Source of the DNA: a bacterium
GTDB taxonomy: Bacteria; Electryoneota; Electryoneia; Electryoneales; Electryoneaceae
Assembly (NCBI GenBank): GCA_963675295.2
Contig: CAXXKJ010000001.1
Location: 96,001 to 160,000, forward strand
Direction of reading: 5' to 3'
DNA length: 64,000 nucleotides
Under the pieces are notes generated by a model. It saw only the letters and a program-made list of their open reading frames with translations. It was not told the origin of the DNA and did not search any database. Shown in pieces: positions 36,169 through 45,543 of this stretch. Numbering within the stretch: the stretch's first letter is position 1; the number at the start of each line of letters is the position of its first letter. Made by a program: the position numbers and the translations under genes.

Positions 36169-37989
36169 ATGAGTAAGAAATTGGTTTTGACAACATTGTT
36201 GCTCGGTCTGCTCACCGTTTCGGCAATGGCTCAGCCGACAAACCCGGCCCCAACCCCGACGGAACCGGCGAATGAAGTGACCTCGCTGTTCAGCGACGTC
36301 TACACGAACGTTACGGTGGACACCTGGTCCGCGGTCTGGGATGCGGCGGATGTCGAAGATGTTCTGATTCAGGGCAACCCGACCAAGCTGTACACCAACC
36401 TCGTGTTTGCCGGCATCGAATTCACCTCGCAGCCGATCGATGCTTCCACTCACACCACGTTCCACATGGACATCTGGACCCCGGATCCGACCTCGACTCC
36501 GAACGTTTTCAAGATCAAGCTGGTCGACTTCGGTGCCGATGGCCTCTTTGGTGGTGGCGATGACAGCGAACATGAACTCGTGTTTGACGAGTTCACAGAT
36601 CCGCCGTTGGTGACCGGAGAGTGGATTCAGTTTGATATTCCGATGTCCGATTTCGCCGGCCTCGCGAGCAGTGAACACCTCGCGCAGCTGATCATTCAGG
36701 CTGATCCGGGCCCGGACACGGTTTACATGGACAACGTCTACTTCAGCGGCGTTGCCGGAACGCAGGCCGAGCCGACCGAACCGGCTCCGACCCCGACCGA
36801 GCCGGAAGCGGAAGTCATTTCCCTGTTCAGCAACGCGTACACCGATGAACCGGTCGACACCTGGTCTGCGGACTGGGATCAGGCCACGGTGACAGACATT
36901 CAGATCGACGGCAACGAGACCAAGCTGTACACCGGTCTTGTCTTCGCTGGCATCGAGTTCACCTCGCAGGTGATCGACGTGTCCAACATGGAATATTTCC
37001 ACATGGACATCTGGACCCCGGATCCGACATCTTCCCCGGCGATCTTTGAGATCAAGCTGGTTGACTTCGGTGCGGACGGCGTCTGGAGTGGTGGGGACGA
37101 CAGCGAAGCGGCCATCGTCTTCGACGAATTCAGCACCCCGCCGCTGGTGTCGGAACAGTGGATCAGCTTCGACATTCCGATGGCGGATTTCGTTGGCCTG
37201 ACCAACCTGACCAGCATGGCGCAGTTGGTGATCACCAGCACGCCGAACACGGTGTACATCGACAACATCTACTGGCACACCTTCATTAACCCGCCGGCAA
37301 ACTACGTGTTGACGATGGACCCGGTGACCGATCCAGTGATCGTGCCGCAGGGTGGCATGTTCTCGTTCGACATTTCGGTGACTAACAACACACCGAACAC
37401 AGGCAGCGGCAACCTGTGGACCGAAGCCGTGCTGCCGAACGGCAACACCTTCGGCCCGATCATCAACGTGACTGGTCTGACCCTCCCGGCGCAGCAGTCG
37501 TTCTACTTCACCAACCTCGCTCAGGCGATCCCGGCGGTTGCTCCGGCAGGTAACTACATCTACAAGTGCAAGATCGGGTACCCGGGCTTTGTCGTCGCGA
37601 TGGATGGCTTCGCGTTCGAGGTCGTAGCCAGCGCCGGTGGTGACGCCAGCAGCTGGAACGTAAGCGGCACCGAACAGATCGAAAAGGCGATGGATCGCGC
37701 GATGGCGAGCACGGAAGTTCCGACCGAAGCCGCGTTGATGTCGGTCTATCCGAACCCGTTCAACCCGACGACGACCGTTCAGCTGACCCTGCCGAATGTG
37801 GCGAACGTCCAGGTCAACGTGTTCAACAGCCTCGGCCAGCAGGTCGCGACGCTTGCGTCCGGTTCGCTGACCGCGGGCACCCATGCGCTGCAGTTCAACG
37901 GTGCGAACCTCGCCTCCGGGCTGTATTTCGTCCGTGCGACGGTTGACAATCAGCCGCTGGACATGCAGAAGCTGATGCTGCTGAAGTAA
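36169..37989 (+). CDS. Secreted non-catalytic protein: two CBM-like modules, Ig-like module, sorting domain
   Basis: Signal peptide; 2x APTPT..SLFS..Y...DTWSA.WD...FHMDIWTP...KLVDFGADG...DN.Y; YPNPFN tail. Confidence 0.82.
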   Translation: MSKKLVLTTLLLGLLTVSAMAQPTNPAPTPTEPANEVTSLFSDVYTNVTVDTWSAVWDAADVEDVLIQGNPTKLYTNLVFAGIEFTSQPIDASTHTTFHMDIWTPDPTSTPNVFKIKLVDFGADGLFGGGDDSEHELVFDEFTDPPLVTGEWIQFDIPMSDFAGLASSEHLAQLIIQADPGPDTVYMDNVYFSGVAGTQAEPTEPAPTPTEPEAEVISLFSNAYTDEPVDTWSADWDQATVTDIQIDGNETKLYTGLVFAGIEFTSQVIDVSNMEYFHMDIWTPDPTSSPAIFEIKLVDFGADGVWSGGDDSEAAIVFDEFSTPPLVSEQWISFDIPMADFVGLTNLTSMAQLVITSTPNTVYIDNIYWHTFINPPANYVLTMDPVTDPVIVPQGGMFSFDISVTNNTPNTGSGNLWTEAVLPNGNTFGPIINVTGLTLPAQQSFYFTNLAQAIPAVAPAGNYIYKCKIGYPGFVVAMDGFAFEVVASAGGDASSWNVSGTEQIEKAMDRAMASTEVPTEAALMSVYPNPFNPTTTVQLTLPNVANVQVNVFNSLGQQVATLASGSLTAGTHALQFNGANLASGLYFVRATVDNQPLDMQKLMLLK

Positions 37990-38020
37990 GACCGGAAATG
38001 GTCTGGTACTTGCATACAAT

Positions 38021-38058
38021 CCTGCCGGTCACAATCTGGCCGGCAGGTGTTTCTTTTT
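38021..38058 (+). terminator. Intrinsic terminator
   Basis: CCTGCCGGTCA/TGGCCGGCAGG stem plus TGTTTCTTTTT. Confidence 0.75.
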
Positions 38059-38095
38059 GTACCAACCATTTCGGGACTCAACTGAGGAATTGACG

Positions 38096-39517
38096 ATGAA
38101 CAGGATGTTCCTTTTTGCTTTCCTGATGCTGAGTGTCGCTGTCACGCCGGTGTTCGCACAGCCGTCCGAACCCGCGCCGACACCGACTGAACCCGCAAAC
38201 GAGGTGACGTCGCTGTTCAGCAACGCCTACACTGATCAGCCGGTTGATACGTGGTCGGCGGATTGGGACATGGCGGACGTCGAAGATGTCCAGATTCAGG
38301 GCAATGACACCAAGCTGTACACCAACCTCACGTTCGCGGGGATCGAGTTTACCTCCAATACGTTGGATGTGTCCGACCATTCGCACTTCCACATGGACAT
38401 CTGGACCCCGGATGCGACAGCTTCACCGGCGGTCTTCGCGATCAAACTGGTCGATTTCGGTGCGGACGGCCTCTACGGCGGCGGTGATGACAGCGAATCT
38501 GAGATCCCGTTCAACGAGTTCAGCGATCCGCCGCTAGTCACCGAATCCTGGATCGAATTCGACATTCCGATGTCTGATTTCTCGGCACTGACCAACCTGA
38601 CCAACATGGCGCAGCTGGTCATCTCCGGCGATCCGAACACCGTCTACGTCGACAACATCTACTTCTACGGCACCGGCGGCAGCGTCCTGCCGGAACCGAC
38701 CGTCGCAGCGCCGACTCCGACCGAACCGGCGGACGAAGTCGTCTCGCTGTTCAGCAACGCCTACGACGATGTTACCGTCGACACCTGGTCCGCGGGTTGG
38801 GATAACGCGAACGTGGAAGACGTGCAGATCGCGGGCGACGACGCAAAGAAGTATACCGGCCTCGTCTTCGCCGGCATCGAGTTCACCTCGAACCCGGTGG
38901 ATGCGTCCGACAAAGCCTATTTCCACATGGACATCTGGACGCCGGATGATACCGGCGCCCCCGCCGTGTTCAAGATCAAGCTGGTCGATTTCGGCGCGGA
39001 TGGCCTGTTCGGCGGCGGCGATGACAGCGAATCGGAGCTGACATTCAGCGCGACCAGCGATCCGCCGCTGGTGTCAGAATCCTGGATCAGCTTCCACATC
39101 CCGCTGACCGATTTCGCTGGCCTGACCAACCTGAGCAGTATGGCTCAGCTGGTGATCTCCGGCGACCCGAACACGGTCTACGTGGACAACATCTACTTCA
39201 GCGATTCCTTCATGAGCGTGTCCGAACCGAATGCGGATCCTTCGCGGCCGCTGGAGTTCGCGACGGTGAATGTGTATCCGAACCCGTTCAACCCGGCGAC
39301 GACCGTCGCGTTAACCCTGCCGTACGCGGCAGACGTGCAAGTCGCTGTTTACAACGGGCTCGGCCGTCAGGTCGCGACCCTCGCGCAGGGCCGCTATGCC
39401 GCCGGAACGCACAGCCTCGCGTTTGACGGTTCCACGCTCGCGTCCGGCGTGTACCTCGTCCGGGCGACCGTCGATCAACAGCCGCTGGCGATGCGCAAGA
39501 TGCTGCTGCTGAAGTAA
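38096..39517 (+). CDS. Secreted non-catalytic protein: two CBM-like modules plus sorting domain (tandem paralog)
   Basis: Same repeats as the 36169 gene; GAGG RBS; YPNPFN...RKMLLLK. Confidence 0.82.
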   Translation: MNRMFLFAFLMLSVAVTPVFAQPSEPAPTPTEPANEVTSLFSNAYTDQPVDTWSADWDMADVEDVQIQGNDTKLYTNLTFAGIEFTSNTLDVSDHSHFHMDIWTPDATASPAVFAIKLVDFGADGLYGGGDDSESEIPFNEFSDPPLVTESWIEFDIPMSDFSALTNLTNMAQLVISGDPNTVYVDNIYFYGTGGSVLPEPTVAAPTPTEPADEVVSLFSNAYDDVTVDTWSAGWDNANVEDVQIAGDDAKKYTGLVFAGIEFTSNPVDASDKAYFHMDIWTPDDTGAPAVFKIKLVDFGADGLFGGGDDSESELTFSATSDPPLVSESWISFHIPLTDFAGLTNLSSMAQLVISGDPNTVYVDNIYFSDSFMSVSEPNADPSRPLEFATVNVYPNPFNPATTVALTLPYAADVQVAVYNGLGRQVATLAQGRYAAGTHSLAFDGSTLASGVYLVRATVDQQPLAMRKMLLLK

Positions 39518-39550
39518 GCACAGCCGGACTGTGATTTCTTGCTGCAATAC

Positions 39551-39588
39551 CCTGCCGGTCCCCACGTGAGACCGGCAGGTTCTGTTTT
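39551..39588 (+). terminator. Intrinsic terminator (paralogous to 38021)
   Basis: CCTGCCGGTC/GACCGGCAGG stem plus TTCTGTTTT. Confidence 0.72.
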
Positions 39589-39634
39589 GTACCTTACCGT
39601 TCCCAGCGTGGGACGATAACCCGGGATCAGACCG

Positions 39635-40738
39635 ATGAACCCCTTGCCGCTGTTTGCCTCGATCATGGTGATTGTTCAACTGGCGGCGATGCTGCTCGCT
39701 GGGGGATGCTTCCAGGCAGACAGTGGCGTCAGTCCGAATGAACCGGCATTACCTGCAGTTGGCGACAGTGTCATCGGCGACCTGAGGCTGCCGCCCGAAG
39801 TCAGCATTACCAGCGCCACTCAGTCCAGCGTTGCGGGGACGGCGGAGAACGTTCACATCGGTCTGCACCGTATCGTGCTGTACGCGAAGACCGACCGCTG
39901 GTATGTGCAGCCGCTGACCACCGATCCATACACACTGATCGACAGCGACGGAACCTGGTCAAACTCGACCAACAGCTGGAACCGGCTGGCCGCCGTACTT
40001 GTCGAGGAGGATTTCGTGCCGGAAGCCGTGCTCACGCTGCATCCGTCCACGGAACCAGGCGTGCTCGTGTGGGACGAGGTGCCCGATTCCTCCGCGCGGA
40101 CGGTGACCTTTGCTGGACGCTCGTGGCACGTGAAAATGGCCGACGAAACACGCGTCGGACCAGGCCCGAACTATTTCTCGGGCAGCGAAAACGCGGTCCA
40201 TGTGGACGGGAACGGCCTGCATCTGCGGACCGAATACCGCGACGGCAACTGGTTCAGCGCGGAGGTGTTCAGCGTGGATCCGGCCGAGTACGGCGAGTAC
40301 ACCTTCGAGCTCAACAGCCGGGTCGACAATCTCGATTACAACCTCATCTTCGCCTGCTTCATCTACCAGGGCGCGAACCAGGAGATCGACTTCGAATTTT
40401 CTCAGTCGCTGATCCCCGCCCCGGACAACGCGCAGTATGTCACCCAGCCGTGGGACTACCCGGGCAACATCGAGCGGTATCAGCTACCCGCCGGGATCAA
40501 CGTGTCCACCCACCAGCTCGACTGGCGTGCGGACGCGCTCACCTTCACCAGCTGGCGCGGCCGGATCGAGGACGAATCCCCCGACAGCCTGCTGCACAAC
40601 TGGACCTATACCGGACCCTACATCCCTTTGCCAGACGGTGAACGCATCCACATCAACCTGTGGTTCATCAACGGCGAAGCGCCCGTCTCAAATGAGCCGG
40701 ACGAAGTCGTCGTCTCCGCCTTCACCTACCAGCCCTGA
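39635..40738 (+). CDS. GH16-like lipoprotein
   Basis: Lipobox LAGGC; GPGPNYFS, SAEV, YGEYTF, EIDFE, HINLW. Confidence 0.7.
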   Translation: MNPLPLFASIMVIVQLAAMLLAGGCFQADSGVSPNEPALPAVGDSVIGDLRLPPEVSITSATQSSVAGTAENVHIGLHRIVLYAKTDRWYVQPLTTDPYTLIDSDGTWSNSTNSWNRLAAVLVEEDFVPEAVLTLHPSTEPGVLVWDEVPDSSARTVTFAGRSWHVKMADETRVGPGPNYFSGSENAVHVDGNGLHLRTEYRDGNWFSAEVFSVDPAEYGEYTFELNSRVDNLDYNLIFACFIYQGANQEIDFEFSQSLIPAPDNAQYVTQPWDYPGNIERYQLPAGINVSTHQLDWRADALTFTSWRGRIEDESPDSLLHNWTYTGPYIPLPDGERIHINLWFINGEAPVSNEPDEVVVSAFTYQP

Positions 40739-40807
40739 ACAGCTTGACAGCAACGCCGGATGGACTCTCTTAACCCGCGTTTCATCCCACAACCAACGAG
40801 GTTGCAG

Positions 40808-40856
40808 TTGACTTTCCGGGTGGAATGGGTTACTTTGTTCGTTAAGCGAACAAAGT
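40808..40856 (+). promoter_or_regulatory. Sigma70 promoter overlapped by ROK-type operator 3
   Basis: TTGACT-N17-TACTTT; operator ACTTTGTTCGTTAAGCGAACAAAGT at 40832-40856. Confidence 0.87.
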
Positions 40857-40970
40857 TGAATCCGGGCCAATCCGCCACTACCGGTGGAAACTGCTGCGGA
40901 CAGGTCTTCAGGCAGCGCTCATGCCGTACAGACAAGAGCACGCCTTCAGGACAGGGTGTTGGAGGACAGC

Positions 40971-43436
40971 ATGCGGATCAGATTGACTTCTTCATGGATC
41001 ATCGTCACGCTTGCAGCGCTGCTGCTGATCGTGGCCGGCTGCGAACGCGAAAGCGATGTGACCAATCCGGCAACCTCGCCGGACGACGCCGACGTTTTTC
41101 TCGACGAGTTCGGTGACAATGTAACCTTCCAGGCGTTCGCTGGCTCGAAGCTGGATGCGCTCGACACTGACGCCTCGGTCGTGCATAGCGGCACACAATC
41201 CCTGATTATCACTGTCCCCGATGAGGGCAACGCCGCCGGAACCTTCGCCGGCGGGGCGTTTACCACCTCGATCGCACGTGACTTGAGCGGTTATGACGCC
41301 GTCACCTTCTGGGCGAAAGCCAGCACTCCGGCGACGCTGAACGTAGTCGGTCTTGGCAACGACAACACCGGCACCTCGTTGTACATGGCGGAGATGTACA
41401 ACCTTGAGTTGACGACCTCCTGGACCAAGTTCATCGTTCCGATTCCGTTGCCGGAGAAACTGGAGGCGGAACAGGGGCTGTTCTACTTCGCCGAAGGGCC
41501 GGAGGACGGCCAGGGCTACCAGTTCTGGATTGATGATCTGCAGTTCGAAGCGATAGAGCTCAACACTCCGCAGCCGGATATCGGCACCGAGACGGTCGAA
41601 GCCGAGATCGGCGAAGAAATTGTCGTCGATATGGCGACCGTGACCTACAACATCGGTGGGAACGACTACATCCTCTGGGCGCAGCAGAACTACTTCAGCT
41701 TCGCCTCGTCCAACACGAACGCGGTGGAAGTCGCGGAGGACGGCACGATTACCGCCGTTGGCCTCGGCACGGCGACAATCACGGCGGAACTGGGGTCCGT
41801 TGATGCGGACGGCCAGATCACGGTCACCGTCGGCGAAGGTCCGGACCTGCCGGGTGAACCGGCACCGACTCCGACGCAGGACGCCGGAGATGTCATCTCC
41901 ATCTTCAGCAACGCATACACCAACGCCAGTGTCGACTCCTGGTCGGCTGACTGGGATGTGGCGGAGTATGCCGACCTGCAGATCGATGGCGACGATGTCA
42001 AGCAATACACTGACCTGGTGTACGCCGGAATCGACTTCTCCTCGGTGCCGATCAACGCCAGCGGGATGACCCATTTCTACATGAACCTGTGGACGCCGGT
42101 TACGGTGGATGCGTCTACCCAGTTCAAGATCAAGCTGGTCGATTTCGGCGCGGATGGGGTGTATCAGGGCGGCGACGACGTCGAATCCGAATTGACCTTC
42201 ACCACTACCAGCAGCCCGGCGCTGGTGTCCGGATCGTGGATCAAGTTCGACATTCCGCTGGTCAACTTCAGCGGCCTGGCCACGACTGAACACGTCGCTC
42301 AGCTGATCATCTCCGGCGGGAATCTGCCGACGGTGTACGTGGACAACATCTTCTTCTACGACAGCGGCCAGATCATCACCGATCCCGAGCCGACCACACC
42401 GGCGCCAACCCCGACGCACGATGCCGGCGACGTCATCTCCCTGTTCAGTAATGCGTATGACGACGTGACCGTCGATACCTGGTCGGCCGACTGGGATGAA
42501 GCTGAGCTGGAAGACGTGCAGATCGCCGGAAATGACACGAAGAAGTACACCGGCCTGACCGTCGCCGGAATCGAGTTCACATCGGAAACGATTGACGCGT
42601 CCGAAATGACATACTTCCACATGGATTTCTGGACGCCGGACGCGACCTCGGATCCTGCCGCGTTCAAGATCAAGCTGGTCGATTTCGGTGCGGACGGTGC
42701 CTGGGGCGGCGATGATGACGTCGAGCACGAACTCACCTTTACCGCGAACACCGACCCGGCGCTGGAAACCACCAACTGGGTCAGCTTCGACATTCCGTTG
42801 CAGGATTTCGCCGGCCTCACCACCACTGGCCACCTGGCGCAGTTGATCCTCTCCGGTGACCCGAACACGGTATACATCGACAACGTCTATTTCCACGGCG
42901 GCGAAGTGATTCCGGATCCGGAACCAACCGAGGCTGCACCGGCACCGACCTACCCGGCGGCAAACGTGATCTCGCTGTTCTGCGATGAATACACGAACGT
43001 GCCCGTTTCCACCTGGTCGGCGGAGTGGGATGAGGCGTTCTTCGAAGATGTCCAGATCGCCGGCAACGACACGAAGAAGTATTCGATTTCCGTCTACGCC
43101 GGGATCGAGTTCCTCGATCCGACGATCGACGCGTCCGGGATGACGCACTTCCGGATGGACATCTGGACGCCGGACGATACAGCGGACCCGGCGATATTCA
43201 AAATCAAGCTGGTCGATTTCGGCGCGAACGGCGTGTGGTCGGGCGGTGACGACGTCGAGCATGAGCTCACCTACACCGCGTCCACCACGCCTGGACTGGT
43301 CACGGGATCGTGGATCACCTTCGATATCCCGCTGTCGGAGTTTACCGGGCTCGTGACAAGCGAACACATGGCTCAATTGGTTATCTCTGGGGACCTGAGT
43401 ACGGTGTATGTCGACAACGTCCTCTTCCACAACTAG
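40971..43436 (+). CDS. Surface glycan-binding lipoprotein: galactose-binding-like domain, Ig-like domain, three CBM-like modules
   Basis: GGAGG RBS; lipobox VAGC; RDLSGYDAVTFWAKA; ASSNTNAVEV..G.ITAVG.GTA; 3x DFGA(D/N)G modules. Confidence 0.82.
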   Translation: MRIRLTSSWIIVTLAALLLIVAGCERESDVTNPATSPDDADVFLDEFGDNVTFQAFAGSKLDALDTDASVVHSGTQSLIITVPDEGNAAGTFAGGAFTTSIARDLSGYDAVTFWAKASTPATLNVVGLGNDNTGTSLYMAEMYNLELTTSWTKFIVPIPLPEKLEAEQGLFYFAEGPEDGQGYQFWIDDLQFEAIELNTPQPDIGTETVEAEIGEEIVVDMATVTYNIGGNDYILWAQQNYFSFASSNTNAVEVAEDGTITAVGLGTATITAELGSVDADGQITVTVGEGPDLPGEPAPTPTQDAGDVISIFSNAYTNASVDSWSADWDVAEYADLQIDGDDVKQYTDLVYAGIDFSSVPINASGMTHFYMNLWTPVTVDASTQFKIKLVDFGADGVYQGGDDVESELTFTTTSSPALVSGSWIKFDIPLVNFSGLATTEHVAQLIISGGNLPTVYVDNIFFYDSGQIITDPEPTTPAPTPTHDAGDVISLFSNAYDDVTVDTWSADWDEAELEDVQIAGNDTKKYTGLTVAGIEFTSETIDASEMTYFHMDFWTPDATSDPAAFKIKLVDFGADGAWGGDDDVEHELTFTANTDPALETTNWVSFDIPLQDFAGLTTTGHLAQLILSGDPNTVYIDNVYFHGGEVIPDPEPTEAAPAPTYPAANVISLFCDEYTNVPVSTWSAEWDEAFFEDVQIAGNDTKKYSISVYAGIEFLDPTIDASGMTHFRMDIWTPDDTADPAIFKIKLVDFGANGVWSGGDDVEHELTYTASTTPGLVTGSWITFDIPLSEFTGLVTSEHMAQLVISGDLSTVYVDNVLFHN

Positions 43437-43453
43437 CAGAGGTTGACCCGGTC

Positions 43454-44692
43454 ATGGCCAAGCCGACGAATGGAAACGGGAAACGGTCGCGTGATGTGCT
43501 GACGCGGAACCGTCCCCTCGCGGAATCGGTGCTGCGTTTCATCTGGAAGGAAAAGCAGACCACGCGGGCGTACATCGCGAAGACGATGGAGTTGTCACGC
43601 TCGACAGCGTCCGAGATCGTGGACATGCTGCTGAAAACAGGCCTGATTGCAGAGGTCGGCGCGGGACGGTCGTCCGGCGGACGGAGGCCGATTGTGCTCG
43701 AGTTTCAGGACAACGCGTGCAGCCTGCTCGGTGTCGATGTCGGCGCGACACACGTGTCCGTTGCCATGACCAACCTGCGCGGCAAGGTGCTGAAGTGGAA
43801 GGAAAAGCGCCACCCGGTACGCACCGACCCGACGGGCACCCGCCAGCTGGTGATCGACATGTGCGACGATATCGTCGAGTCGATGAAAGGCGTCGCCAAA
43901 CCAGTCGTGCGGATCGGTGTCGCGGTGCCGAGCCCGGTTGATCCGTTGAACCCGGAATGGATCTCCGAGACCGTTATCCCGGCGTGGCAGGGCGAGAGTG
44001 GTCTAGCGGAGCTGCGGGAACGGTACGCGGTTCCGGTGCACATCGATAACGACGCGAACCTTGGCGCACTGGCCGAGATGTGGTGGGGCGCGGGACGGAA
44101 TGTCAGCGACTTCGTTTACATCAAGATCGCACACGGTATCGGTGCCGGGTACATCCTCAACGGTCAGATCTACCGTGGCGCACGCGGTGTCGCCGGCGAA
44201 ATGGGCCACCTGCCGATCGACCCGAGCGGCAGAAAATGTGTCTGCGGAATGCATGGCTGCCTGGCGACGTTCGTCAGCGCGCCGTCACTGGCCGAACGTG
44301 TCGTCGAGCTGCTGCCGCAGTATCCGAACAGCCTGCTCGGCCAGGTCGAACGGCGGATCTCGACCATCGTTGATGCCGCCCTGCAGGACGATCCGCTTGC
44401 AAACCAGGTCGTCGCAGAAGTCTCGGACTACCTCAGCATTGCGATCACCGGCCTGTTCAACATGATCAACCCGAAGCTGGTCATTCTCGGCGGCGGATTG
44501 GCACGGCTGGACGAAAAACTGCTCAAGCCGATGCGGGAGAAGGTGCACAGCAGCATCCTTGTCAGCTCAGCAGCCGCCGACATTCGCTCCGGCGAACTCG
44601 GGTCGCAGACCATCGCGCTCGGCGCGGCCACCTTCGCGCTGGAAGCACTGATTACCGACCCTGAACTGTACCGAAACGGAGAGCACGGCTGA
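43454..44692 (+). CDS. ROK-family (XylR/NagC-like) repressor
   Basis: N-terminal HTH, SSGGRRP, GVDVGAT, DNDANLGALAE, GEMGH, CVCG.HGC. Confidence 0.93.
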   Translation: MAKPTNGNGKRSRDVLTRNRPLAESVLRFIWKEKQTTRAYIAKTMELSRSTASEIVDMLLKTGLIAEVGAGRSSGGRRPIVLEFQDNACSLLGVDVGATHVSVAMTNLRGKVLKWKEKRHPVRTDPTGTRQLVIDMCDDIVESMKGVAKPVVRIGVAVPSPVDPLNPEWISETVIPAWQGESGLAELRERYAVPVHIDNDANLGALAEMWWGAGRNVSDFVYIKIAHGIGAGYILNGQIYRGARGVAGEMGHLPIDPSGRKCVCGMHGCLATFVSAPSLAERVVELLPQYPNSLLGQVERRISTIVDAALQDDPLANQVVAEVSDYLSIAITGLFNMINPKLVILGGGLARLDEKLLKPMREKVHSSILVSSAAADIRSGELGSQTIALGAATFALEALITDPELYRNGEHG

Positions 44693-45507
44693 TGATTTCA
44701 CGCTACGAGCGGCTGACGTTAACCCTGCTGATTGTAATGCTGATGAATACTACCGGCTGCACCACACCGACCGGCACCGACGGCGACACGTGGGAACTCG
44801 CGTGGCAGGACGAATTCGACGGCGACGCGGGTCAACTCCCGGACGCGTCCAAGTGGGGCTACGATATCGGCACCGACTGGGGCAACGCCCAGCTCGAGTG
44901 GGATACCGACCGGCCGGAGAATGTTTCGCTGGACGGCAACGGCAACCTCGCCATCACCGCCCGGAAGGAAAGCTACGAGGGGCAGAACTACACCTCGGCG
45001 CGGATCGTCACCCGTGGCCTGTTCACGATGAACACCGGCCGTATCGAAGCACGGATCAAGCTGCCGATCGGCGCGGGTATCTGGCCCGCTTTCTGGCTGC
45101 TTGGCGCAAACATCAACGAAGTCAGCTGGCCGCAGTGCGGCGAGATTGACATCATGGAATACCGAGGGCAGGAGCCGAACATCGTACACGGCAGCCTGCA
45201 CGGCCCGGGCTATTCCGCCGGGGACGCGTTCACCAACCGCTACGTGCTGAACAGCGGTACCTTCAACGACGATTTCCACACCTTCCGCGTGGACTGGTCG
45301 GATGACTACATCCGCTGGTTCATCGACGACATCCTGTACCAGACGATTACCATCGATCAGGTACGCGCGAAAGGCGAGTGGGTGTTCGATCATCCCTTCT
45401 ACATCATCCTGAACATCGCTGTCGGCGGTGGGTTTGTGGGACCGCCGAATGCCAGCACCGAGTTTCCGCAGACGATGCTGATCGACTGGGTGAGGGTGTA
45501 CCAGTAA
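44692..45507 (+). CDS. GH16 endo-beta-1,3-glucanase (laminarinase-type), probable lipoprotein
   Basis: WQDEF, WGNAQLE, YTSARI, GIWPAFW, WPQCGEIDIME, NIAVGG, DWVRVYQ. Confidence 0.93.
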   Translation: MISRYERLTLTLLIVMLMNTTGCTTPTGTDGDTWELAWQDEFDGDAGQLPDASKWGYDIGTDWGNAQLEWDTDRPENVSLDGNGNLAITARKESYEGQNYTSARIVTRGLFTMNTGRIEARIKLPIGAGIWPAFWLLGANINEVSWPQCGEIDIMEYRGQEPNIVHGSLHGPGYSAGDAFTNRYVLNSGTFNDDFHTFRVDWSDDYIRWFIDDILYQTITIDQVRAKGEWVFDHPFYIILNIAVGGGFVGPPNASTEFPQTMLIDWVRVYQ

Positions 45508-45543
45508 TCCGACACTTGGATCAACCTGCTTCGTGAGCCGTGC

